This document shows, one piece after another, positions 25,946 through 37,313 of a stretch of 64,000 bases of DNA; within the stretch, counting starts at the first letter, position 1; each line of letters starts with the position of its first letter. The position numbers were made by a program, and so were the translations under genes. The DNA comes from Balanoglossus misakiensis. Taxonomy: Eukaryota > Animalia > Hemichordata. The notes under the pieces were generated by a model that made no database searches, was not told the origin of the DNA, and was given only the letters and a program-made list of their open reading frames with translations. The stretch spans positions 3,767,943 through 3,831,942 of the forward strand of contig CM082595.2 of the NCBI GenBank assembly GCA_040954595.2. Direction: 5' to 3'.

Positions 25946-26426
25946 CAATTTCCCCTATGCAATGATTATCCCGGGTCATAGAATGTAGTACGCAGCGAGC
26001 AAGTTTACCCTGTATTGAATGTTTTCTGATCCAGCCAGCCTGTCAAGTGTCTTTTTTCAGATGATTTTCGCGGTTTAAATTTGTAACCAAATTCCTCAAA
26101 TCGTGGAGGATTTCACTGTGGAATTCATTTAATCCTTTAAACCAGGCTTGGAAGTACTTCACTTGGAGTGTCTACACAGCCCTAGATGTCAGTGAAATTC
26201 TTTGAAGTTTTTTAGTATGTGTGGCAATATAGTTTAAAGGGTGTTGAATGATAGCCCTGTTGTTTACAGCCAGTGAGTGTAATATTACGCAGTATTGCGT
26301 GAAGAACCAAATTCAGGTCAAGACCCAGAATATATGTTTATGACTGTAATATATCATTCAGGAGTTGCTTGTGGACAGCGAAAAAACATTTGCATTACTG
26401 GCTGATTTTGTGGGTATCTAGTAATA

Positions 26427-26602
26427 CAGTAAAACCTGTCTAAACTGAGCCATGTCTATTCTGGAAACCTGTCTCTCCTGAACACCTTTTCCAGTCCCTT
26501 CAACATAGAACCACATGTTAAAAGAACCTCTATAAACCGGACACCTCTGCAAACCCCACAATATTTCAGTCCCTTGGTGTTTGGTTTACACAGGTTTTGC
26601 TG
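26427..26602 (-). mobile_element. Tc1/mariner (pogo/Tigger-type) MITE, same family, inverted
   Basis: TA-CAGTAAAACCTGTCTAAAC ... GTTTACACAGGTTTTGCTG-TA. The internal sequence (GAACCTCTATAAACCGGACACCT, CAGTCCCTTGGTGT) is the reverse complement of the 25780 copy. Confidence 0.85.
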
Positions 26603-28761
26603 TAGTAGGTAGATAGAAACGGTTTGATCGTTATGCAGGAATTTTAATAGAAAGATGAAAATGACCTTCCCAGACTGTTCATGAAACGCCCAGTATTATT
26701 TATCAACAGTCTATGTGCAACAACCAGCCCTGTTGCTGTCAAAAATTGAATTCAAGTTCAGACACGAATCCACTTGTCAACAATAACAATGGTTTGTACA
26801 TCTATGCAGGCTACGTGGACAGGCAGAATAGTTTTCAGTTAAGGCATGCTTTAGTATATCAACCATTAAAACTGTCATTGGTACACACAAAAAATACTGG
26901 CAAAAGTACTGCTCTTATTCCAACAGGTGTATCCGTACAGTGGAATTTATGAGACTCTATGTTAGTTATTAATGTATCATTACAAATTCTACAATGATCA
27001 TTAATTAAATGATCATTATTAATCACAATCTAATTCATAAATGTTGTGTCTGATAAATCATTTTTCCACTCAGAGTCATGACAATGATGTGAATTTAATA
27101 AATTTCTAATGAGCAGTTGAATGATTGATGTCCAGCTAATGGTATTGATACAAACATTAATTAATAGTGAATTGAATGACAATATCAATAATTCACCCTT
27201 CAAAGTGTGTTTGCAAAATGTCACGGGGTTTCACAGTATCAATAGTAGACTTACAATTCAACGAACTAGGCTGTTTGGTCTGAAGGAAATAAGAGATAAT
27301 TTTATTGTTTAAACATCATGAGTAGGTGGACAGGATGTGTCATTTATAGTGTGTGAATTGAATTGTTTTCGTTTGGTTTGAATCATTCTAAAATCTGTAA
27401 TGCAAAGTTATATATGATTGTATTGTAAATTACACTTTTATAAAAAAAGTAAGGTCAGTGCCCTTTTATAGTTTTAGACTGTTAGTCACACTAAGAAATA
27501 TTAAAAACAAAACATGAATAACTGTTCGTACAAACAAAAATGACATCTGTGATACCGTGCCCACCTGTAAAGTCTTTTGGGAAGATCTCTGTTCCAGAGA
27601 GTGATAAAAATATAAAATATAGATATATTATACGCAGATGAAGGAGAAAAGTAATCAAAATTTGATCTCATGTATATCGTTAACTGTCTGTTACTATTAT
27701 TCATCTTGATACATTTTATGAAATTTATGAATTTTATGCAGTTTTATTATCCTCTCTTGGTTTCGTGTGGCTAGAAATTTATTGTGAGATGAGACCTGGG
27801 AACTAGGGATCTCAAAATGTTGTGTTATTAGGCAATGCGAGGGTGTTGAGAGAGACAAAATTGCTGTCTTTTGTATTATGTGGGATGTACATGTATTTGA
27901 GAGGCTGCATTGTTCTGTGCAGTGAACTCGCTGATGGCTGGTTGGCGGAATCTCTTCAAACCCTACGCATACAGTATAGGCCTATCATGGAAAATAATCA
28001 GCCGTTTTTATCAGAAATTGCAAGAGTCGAGTGGGACGTTAACAGCGGTTTCATTGCAACTTTGATGTCGGTTTGCTGCCGAGGGCTAGCAGTGCTATTC
28101 GTATCTCGCTCTGTTATCTCACTTTAATCACACCCCATCTTTATTGACATTTTACGAGCAAAGCATGTGACAGTCACTCCAGTATCCGAAATCTCAACAA
28201 GACCGCATTCAGATCATTGCCAATAATAACCTGCCTGCTTTCCTCCACTATGGCAGTTTTGCAAATTTCACCCTTTCCCATTCCCGTTGCCCTATTTCTT
28301 AAACTACTATGGCTGCATAAGAAAACAGGTACCCAGCTGGGTTAGATTCTCATCTCTGCCTGCAGTATGGATTAAATCTGTTATTTCTCTCTTTGAAAAC
28401 TGATTCACTTTTCGAAAAATGTTATCAAGTGACCCCATTAACAGCACAGGCATTTCTAAACTGTGTTGAAATTGTTACCACGTTTTTCATGAATTCCTCG
28501 GCGCAAATGGTGTATGGAGAAAAATTTTACTCCTTCATATGGCAAGGGTGAAATCCCTCTTGGTCCTAGACCTTAGCTTCTCTAGTCCTAGTCCCTACAT
28601 AACCTGTCCACTTGGATTATTTTAAGTCGACTTCATATCTAGAGTTGACATAAATGTGACCCCCACTAGTACTGAAACGCTGGTAGTGGCTAACACTGTA
28701 TCACAACTTCCGTTACATGAAATGACCTCAGCACTTCAATTCCAAGCACGCTCTACAATAC

Positions 28762-28854
28762 TTAACCCTTTCACCTCCTCTTTCCTCTGTAGAGGGCCAA
28801 CTTTCGCTTGGAAAACGATGGATTTGGACTAAACCATGGTGGCTACAGGGTATA
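28762..28854 (+). mobile_element. piggyBac-type MITE, diverged copy
   Basis: TTAA-CCCTTTCACC...AGAGGGCCAA...GAAAAC...TTTGGACTAAACCATGGTGG...AGGG-TATA, colinear with 31925-32019. Confidence 0.7.
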
Positions 28855-31800
28855 TAGTGATAGGATTTCATTGAAATTATTCTGATATGTCAGTTGTTCT
28901 CCTAATCTAGCTCATGATTAGATTAGTGAAATCTCCCTGAATTTAGCAGAGGATATATCCACCTTTAATCACCACTAAAACTTTACAGTTGGTTCAATTG
29001 ATAGGCAAAGAAGGCCTCTTACATTGTTGGGAACATCTCCAACATTTTTTACTTCCAGTTAAAACCAGTTGGATCAGAGAGACGTCAGAAGCTTTGTTGT
29101 CTTGTTTCAGATTGGGTCTCAGCTATGCTTGTTGGAGTCCTGAGCCTTATGTGTGAAACAAGCCAGCATTGGGGATTAAGGCTAATTCCTCTGTTGGTCC
29201 GTTTTACCGTCAAAAGCCTGATGCATTGCGACCATCAAACCGAGCCGATCCTCTCAGCTATCAAAGATCGGAATTATCTTTTTACTGTCCGAGATCTAAA
29301 CTAATCAGTGGTCATTGTTGTGTTGTAAAAGATTATACCTTCTCTTTGAGTCATGACCGTGTATACAACAGAACCGTTTACTGCTATGGAAGTAGGACGC
29401 ATTAAGAATTATTCGAAACCACAAAAAAGGGCTGTATTGTTGTACACCGGTTAAAAGTGACTACCTGCTTTGATACGACAAGGATATATATTTCTGGAAT
29501 GATATCCGCTGGGATCAAATGGGATCTGTGTATAAACACTATTAAATGCGCGGAATGGGATTGCGTGTATCACCCGACCGCAATCCGGATCACTGTAAAT
29601 ACCATGCAGTACAGTCGGACAGACAATAGCATCTCTGCCTGGCTCGCAGACGGTCAACATGAGATTTATACAAACATGAAATGTAAATGTTTGTGGACAA
29701 TTCGGTGCTCCAGTCTAACATATTTGCAAAAGGTTGTGGCTTAATTATGTCCACCTTCAAAATTCATACATTTGGTAGACTGAACGGGTAATTTATGATA
29801 GGTTATTAATGGGGCGATCCCTAGATGCATATGAGAAACTGCAAAGAAGCTCAATATTCCAGGGCGTATGTCGCACATTCATTCTTTGAATTTGAGTAAA
29901 CGCACCAAATTTGTGGACAAGCCATTACCATAGATGCTCAACAGTGAAACTGTGATCAGGAAGGATTGTGTGTAGAATATATCACATATGGTGGTTGGTT
30001 TCGTTGCTGTGAATATCGCGTGGCTGGGTCGTTACGACTGTCCGGCCGTGATGCGCCCCGGTTTCCTATCAACAGTTAAGTACGTGGCGATTTATGATAC
30101 CGCATTTCAAGGGGATATTGTCGCCAGTACGGACACCAGAAGTTCGGAACCAGCCCGCAGTGTTCATCGACAAAACGAAAATACATATCGAGATAAAGTT
30201 CACTTCCATGGAATACATACTAGTTCTAGGAGAGATCTTAAAAAGGTGTAATGTCTGTTTCACTATGCGTTTGGTATTGAGGTATAACGATATCATGTTT
30301 CTGAGATCTTATATGTCAGCCTGTATCGCATCTGAAAGAATTCTCTCGTGTTGAGTGATGGCTGGTGGTGGCTGACATTTCTGGGGTGAGGGTCCATCAC
30401 TGGCTGGTGTTACAAGCAGTCTGCTTCAGTGGAATTCTAATTACATGCTGAATGGTACATGTATGTGTGTTGTACATGTACTGTAGCCTGATAAACTTTT
30501 CTGCCTTATATATGGCGTTCACATAGTGACCATTGCAATGTTTCTAAAATGTCTCAGCTCAAATACTGATATGTGGTCCTGTCATTCCTCCAGTTATATA
30601 CATGTACATGTACAACAATGTAGCTCATTGGAGGACTTGCCTTTTGTACAAAACAAGTTTTGCTGATGACACTTCATTAACTCCCAAAGACCTGTGAGAA
30701 CTGAGGGGCATGACCAGTTTTGTCACTATTGCCATGGGAACACACAGTATAAACAAACCCCCACAGCAACATGGCTACAAGAAAGCAGCTGTGTGTTATC
30801 TCCTTATTGGCACACGTGTTGCCATATGTGCATGTCTCGTTTCTACAAGGATGTGTGTGTTTTACTCCTTTGTCAGGGAAGTCAGACCACTCTTTACATA
30901 TCGCGTTACAGCTTGTTTGTCTGAAACAGGGGCCTCTTGTTGTTCTGCGAAGTAAACTGCTTTCAACAGGTGGGAGGGCTTTTCATGCGGTGGATACTGG
31001 AAGTTATGTCTTTTTGAGTGCGTGTTGCATGGTCCATTGATGCCTCAACAGTGTCACTGACACTCTGTAAACTAGCGCCTTGTGCCTGGTTGCCGAACTG
31101 TCAGTCCAGTGAAATGAGTTAAAGGGGGCGGTCAGTACAGTTCCCATTAACAGAGAGGTGTCAACTCCGGTGGGACATTAGTTCTATTGAAAAGCCACAT
31201 TTACTCAAAAATATAAAATTTACGTTTTCTGGTATGTACTGAAAATATTGTATAAAGGCATAGTGTGGCTCTTTCATGGGGTAGGTACTTTTATGTAATC
31301 TGGAATGCCTAGGCTTATGTCCTAAATTCTCATTATTAGGATACTTATAGGTATGTATATGTGATGGGTATCTTAATCTTAGGAATTTCAGATCTCCTCC
31401 CTCATGTCAAATTAATTGTAAAAAATGGAGGAATAGAAACATGTTTACTAGCAACTCTTGGTTTTTGAATTTCCAGGGGCTTGTAACCTCTCTGTGTGTT
31501 TTGGCAAGTACTGGGTTAGTTTTTACAAAAAGTATAGCGTAGCTGGCTGTGTGGTTTGTTTTCCCTTGACAACAGACGTGTATAGAGTCTGTATCAACAA
31601 TAGAATTGATGGATGAGTCCGGCTGTGTCATTCAGGTGGACTTGGATTGTTACAGAAGACGAGGGACAACAACAACGGTAACATATTAAGTTGATTACCC
31701 TGGGATGTTAATTAAAAAGGGATTAAGTAGAGGTATGAGAGAGATAAATACAATCGCAATCAGTAATAGTGGGCTGAGCCTGGCAAAATAAGCCAAAGGT

Positions 31801-31924
31801 TAAAATACAGATGAAGAATAAACTTTTGTGTGTTTGTTTCTGGTTTTGTGTTTGGTTCTGGGCCCCTTTCAATCTGCATTTGATTTGTGTGTTTTATGTA
31901 ACTACTCGGATATGCTTTGCTGTT

Positions 31925-32019
31925 TTAACCCTTTCACCCCCAGTTCCATCTTTAGAGGTCCAAGCTTATCATAGAAAACAGTGCTGGTTTGGACTGAACC
32001 ATGGTGGAGAAAGGGTTAA
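31925..32019 (+). mobile_element. piggyBac-type MITE with intact TTAA TSDs
   Basis: TTAA-CCCTTTCACC ... GGAGAAAGGG-TTAA; 87-bp element; two more copies in the window. Confidence 0.8.
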
Positions 32020-32278
32020 ACCATTGTCAAGTGGAAACTCTTACTGGTCGTCATTTGTGTATACGGTACACCTGTGTCCGTTGTCTATCGGGCTGATTTT
32101 AAAACCATTGTCACTAGGATTAAAAGTTCTATAAAAAATAGAAGATACACTGAGCCTCCTTCAGGGGACCTGAAGCTTCTTTGTTTACATGTATCTGTGT
32201 TTCTATGGTTACAAGGAGATATGGCGAGGCATTCTTCTGGATAGTGTTTATCAACAAGGGAACTTTGAAACTATTGAA

Positions 32279-32389
32279 ACTTCGCTTCATAGTGTTCCAG
32301 AGGTTTTCAAAAAAAGAGAAAAAAAGACAGGGGTTTGTTTCGCTTCTTCTCTTTTTTTTGAAGACCTCTGGAACACTATGAAGTGAAGT
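32279..32389. repeat. Long inverted repeat / foldback element (~42-bp arms)
   Basis: ACTTCGCTTCATAGTGTTCCAGAGGTTTTCAAAAAAAGAGAA pairs with TTCTCTTTTTTTTGAAGACCTCTGGAACACTATGAAGTGAAGT (2 mismatches, 1 indel). Confidence 0.9.
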
Positions 32390-33479
32390 GGTACATTTGA
32401 TCTTGCTGAACAATTGGCTTTGGTGTCAGTCAACTTTTAGCTCATGATTTCCATGACACCAGAGCAGCTAGTCTCGTACAGCTTGCACTTGAGGGCTTTT
32501 TTCTTCTCACGTGACCTATGACCTTGGTGATGAGAGCTGATGTGTTCTTGCCAGAGGCATATGAAGGCAATCATGTCTGCCACAATGCATCTCCTATGCT
32601 ATCAACATCCTTTTAGCATTGAAGTTCTGCGTCATTTCGATAAACACCCACTTTGAAGTGTGTCGCTGGATAACAGTCCCTGGATTTTTGGCTTTAAGAC
32701 CAAGTTTATGGTAATAGATATTAAATAATAAAGAATGATATTAAATATTAATAAAGTGTACTGTACTTAAGAAATGCTTCAACTTCAGCAAGGGATTCTG
32801 GGAAATATACAAAAAGTGCTCCAGGCACTGAGATAGTTCTGGAAGAACCGTCACAATGCAGTCAGGGAAAATTCTGAATTTCTGTTGTTCTTATTTCCCC
32901 TAAAGTACTTTTGACAAAGAGCTGAGTTGGAATCTTACATGTTAAGAGGTTTTCCTAATGAATATTTGATGGTAGGTTTCAGCTATGAAATGTAGAGATC
33001 TGGCCGATATCAAAATTTGTAAGTCAAATCATCAGTAACCTGTTTCCATTAAAAATCACTATCCTGCAGCGCAGAATTTTGAGAGAAAATCAATAGTATT
33101 AACTGTTTGAAGTCATAAAACATTCATTTATCTTGATGTTGGATATCCCGGAGGTATTTTTACAGCGGTATTTTTGCCTGTTATTGCAGACACATGCATA
33201 AGTATAATCCCCCTCCCTCATTCAAAATCAATTAGTGAAAAAAAGCGTGATTTTGTTTGCTGCTATTGTATTGATTTTTTTCGCAGTTTTCTGACCTCGG
33301 TTGTTGATGCTGTTATCGAGTAACCACGGGAGAGGAGACTGCCTATGAAGGACTCGCGTTATTGTGCGCTTTTCAACAAATCGTTAAATAATTACACGGA
33401 ATCGGTACACACCCTGGCATGTCAACTGAAAACCGTTATTAGTGATGTGCTGACACGTATATGTCTTTGCCAATCATTT

Positions 33480-34060
33480 CAGATTTAATATAATTTGAAG
33501 GAGATCGTATTTATTTCCAATAAAATGACCCCGAGATGACCCCACGGTAATAACTCACGGTGATTTATTCCGCGCTCGTATGATAACGTTTAACGGTCGC
33601 CGCCGAAAAGTGTAGAGCTTGGTAAATTGCACACGGCGGCGGTGGATTCGCGGTCTGGTCATTGATAGATGAGTTCAAAGTTTTTAAGGTGGGACTAGTG
33701 TTTGTGTAGGGGTGCGTTGCTGGGCGAAACGCAAGGAGGACCCTTCTGGTCGCATACGATGTTTATGATTACGGTTGAAGGGTCGGTATAGCAGTTGTCT
33801 TTGTGTTGAAATATGTCCTCCGCAAAACACTCTACAGGTGGCACAACACAAATTGTCTTGGCCTTCAAACTAGGATGACTGCATGAATTCGAACCGTAAT
33901 GGCTGTACAGAGAAAAAATTGTTTTCAATTCCATTGTGACCTAATTTAATCAATCTCTGGAAGGCCTGTCATTGACGTTGACTTCCGGAAATCTTTTCTC
34001 TGACGTCAAAATTGAACATGTCGGGTTCAGAGAGCATATGTTATAACCCTGGCAACCATA
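33480..34060. promoter_or_regulatory. Intronic CpG-rich promoter/enhancer-like region
   Basis: CpG-dense (CGGTCGCCGCCG, ACACGGCGGCGG), with ETS-like ACTTCCGGAA at 33981, perfect CRE TGACGTCA at 34001-34008 and X-box-like ATAACCCTGGCAAC at 34043-34056. Confidence 0.4.
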
Positions 34061-34127
34061 GGAAATCCATTATAAAACAGTATGTGTGAGTATTATCGAA
34101 GAGGTGACCTTACAGAATGTTTTAGTC

Positions 34128-34288
34128 AGTGGAACAACAAATACAGTAAAACCTGAGTGGAACAACAAATACAGTAAAACCTCAGTGGAACAACAAATAC
34201 AGTAAAACCTCAGCAGAACAACAAATACAGTAAAACCTATCTAAACCAAACACCAAAGGGACTGAAGAAACTGGTCAGTTTATAGAGG
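34128..34288 (+). repeat. Tandem repeat, 4 x 28 bp, containing a pogo-type MITE terminus and running into a truncated MITE
   Basis: AGTGGAACAACAAATACAGTAAAACCT(G/C) at 34128, 34156, 34184 and 34212. The last unit continues CAGTAAAACCTATCTAAACCAAACACCAAAGGGACTGA, matching the 25780 MITE left end. Confidence 0.9.
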
Positions 34289-34677
34289 CTTGAGTTGTAC
34301 TACTTGGCTTGCAACTCACTGCTATGGTGATTAATCAATCTTGCGAGATCAAACCAAATAAGCAGAAAATCATCTAGCTATTATGACGAGGTTGAGACTT
34401 GGTCCTAAAGTGCAGTTGTACTGTATTGTACAGAGTGGAGTGGATTGAATGAAGAGAATATGTGGTAATTTAGAAAAGAGCTTTTGGTACTTGAACTTGG
34501 CAAAATACTGATAAACACCTCAAGAGTTTGTGGCAACTGGCCTGATAAGAGTGAGCGATAAGAACAGAGAAGGGATGATATTGGGTGTGTGGAACGTACG
34601 TAGAAGAGGGAGTTACTCAAAAAGTAGGCCAGTACTGGTCTATGCGGATTTGGAGGTGTATACTGTTTCGGAAAAAC

Positions 34678-34762
34678 ATGGCGATTCAGTACATCTGTGG
34701 CTTATGTTTGTTTACATTCGGAATGCTACAGATTGCAATAATCCCGTACTTTCTGTGGAATT
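34678..34762 (+). CDS. Candidate alternative first coding exon of the PDE9-like gene (MAIQYICGLCLFTFGMLQIAIIPYFLWN, hydrophobic)
   Basis: AAACATGGCG start context, 28 codons + 1 nt, and donor T|GTGAGC in phase 1, which matches the exon 2 acceptor phase. Lies ~0.6 kb downstream of a CpG-rich CRE/ETS/X-box cluster. No homology support. Confidence 0.3.
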
Positions 34763-35724
34763 GTGAGCTGAGATTTACGTTCTGGCAACAGCTGTGTATT
34801 ACTGCAATTACGTAGTGATCCTTCAAATTTCATCCCCGGCTGATAGATGATTAAGAGTTTGTATATGTACAGAACTGTAATCCCTGTACTGCTATGGTGG
34901 CATGTTGTGTTATGGAACAGTCTCATGTGAACTTGCTTAAGATGGTAACTGCCTTGAAAGTCAGTCTTGAACATCTTAGCATATTTTTCTCAAGGCATCT
35001 TAAGATTGTGGGCTTTTGTTTCAAATACCTGGCGATTACTAGAATGGCACAGTAACTTTACAACAATGTACTTCATAGCTAACAGTAATATTTTTGGCTT
35101 TCATTCAAGATATGACTTCATGACTGCTTTGTTTGTAAACTTGCAAATGAGCAACACATGGTGGCAGCATTTACTGGAATTCAATCTGAAGTTATCGCCA
35201 TGGCGCGACGACAGGTCAGAGTTCAAGATGACGTGTCACATTCGGGAGTAAATAAAAACCAAATTATAAAATGTTTCTGAATTTGCCAAAAACCTGACAA
35301 TGAACTAGTTAGTGACTTTGAGAGGGGGCAGGGTTCTGATATTGACTTGGCTGTACTTGTAGAGAGCCAGGTCTTTGTGTTTCGTTCTTGGTTTTAGTTT
35401 TGGCTGTCAGATTTGACCTGTACTGATTCTTCGATATTTACCTTTCGAATCAAAACATCATTCATTATACTTGTGTGTCCGGTACAGGACTCCACCCAGA
35501 GCTGTGGGGCATGTTTGTGTGTTTTTATGTGGAGCGATCACAGCCTAGGGTACTCCAGGCTTATTGTAGCTGTTGATGTGTGCGACTGATAAAGATGGCA
35601 GATTCGATATAGGAGGATCTCTTGGAGTATGGCTGCATAGCTAGATGTCATTATCGTAGCCATCGCAGCATTGTTATTTATCAATGGATGTGCTATTGTA
35701 TATTCAGTTGTATGCTACGGAGAG

Positions 35725-35793
35725 GTGCTAAATTTGCTAACCCAGGCTTGCCTTATGTTAGCCCTGAGCTAACCCAGTTGGAAACCTAGTTCA
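35725..35793 (+). repeat. Dispersed repeat family copy
   Basis: GTGCTAAATTTGCTAACCCAGGCTTGCC...GCCCTGAGCTAACCCAGTTGGAAACCTAGTTCA; inverted match to 23276, direct partial match to 41521-41561. Confidence 0.7.
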
Positions 35794-37179
35794 AGGGTCA
35801 TTGATGGTTTCTGATATATGGATATATCATGAAACAGCAACTGTGTTTGGTTCACTTGACTCTCTATAAAATTATTGCGTTCGCCCTGCAGAATCAGGGT
35901 ACATAATTCAAATCTTTCTCCTGCTTTTATTTATTGACCTACTGAGAAATAAATTCTCTGCGTTCGGTTCAGGTTAGCGCCGATGCAACTATATCAAGTG
36001 TTTACTTTCAAATTGTTTCATAATTTACTTGTACCCATTCTCTTGGGGCTTGAAACCCGAGTGAATGTGGGACTAAACATGTCAGCCGAGCATCCCAGGT
36101 GGACCCTGGATAATATACAAATGTTGCTGTCCACCCTGTAAGGAAACACCTCAGAGAATCAGACCCTACAGAAATGTCACAGCGCAGCGGAAAAAGATCA
36201 TCCGTCATTTGGAAACACTCCCCCTGGGATAAAAGCTTAATAACAATAACCATATGTCATGCTTAATAATTCCATTATAATTCTCAGACTCCTAATAGGC
36301 TTCCAGTGCTTTCAGATCCTGGCACGAGACATTAAAAAAACAACCGATGGTTTGCAGAAATAACAGCAGATTGTGCATTAAAATAATGTAATTAATGTTT
36401 TCTGATTCGATTCTGTTGAAATTTAATACTCTGGTGCTTTTATTGGGTGATGGGGGAATCGGAAAAGTGGTTGTTTTCTTCATTGCAGAGATGGTTCATA
36501 TCAGGTTGCCATGTTACATTTTAAGGTGTTGGGCACACACATTGTGTACGTACGTTTGTCATTGAATTTGAAGTCCTGACATTAATCCTTTCTGGCCGGA
36601 TATCCTATATATAGGAGAAATTCAGATACGTTCCCAGAAAGCCAGGCTTGAAAGGTTAAAATACAAATTAAAATGTAAAAATTACATGTATAGCTGTCTT
36701 GATCATGTAATAACAAACAGACATGCATCACATAGTGAACAGGATGAATTCATTTGAAACTAGAATTTGCAAATCACTAATGAATGAAATGTCTCCAAGA
36801 CAGCCACCCCTTCTTACATGTACCTCCATTTATACCTAATCTTACTTGGAGTACCTTTCAGACTAACTTCTTTGAGCCCACATTGAAATTTCTTTTCAAC
36901 CATGTATCACTGCATTAAATTAAACATGCGTTTGCGTCATACAGAATCCCCTGGGGCGAGCAGCACGTCATCGTGGCTCAGAGGGCAAGTTGATAACCTT
37001 TTGTAAATAAAACCCTTTGATATTGTGCAAACTGATCCCCCGGGCGATTGCTGGCAGGTCCCTGGTGATGATGAAGGTACTCCTCATCTAGCCCACTGAT
37101 CTTGTTCGCTGTCTGGAAGACAGCTGGGCCAAAAATTACCAGGTAATCTTGTGAAAAGGTTGCTCACTTGTGTGTATTT

Positions 37180-37313
37180 CATTTCATTTGGGGGACTGAC
37201 TTTGTATAGGTGAGTTGCACCTGTTTCAGTCATCCTATCCTATGCATTTATACTCTGTATGATGACTGCAGTGGATGAATAAAATAAGTATAAATAAATA
37301 AAATAAAATAAAA
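37180..37313 (+). mobile_element. Possible 3' tail of a non-LTR retroelement
   Basis: GT-rich UTR-like stretch ending in GAATAAAATAAGTATAAATAAATAAAATAAAATAAAA, a polyA signal followed by an (AATAA)n tail. No coding remnant seen. Confidence 0.3.
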
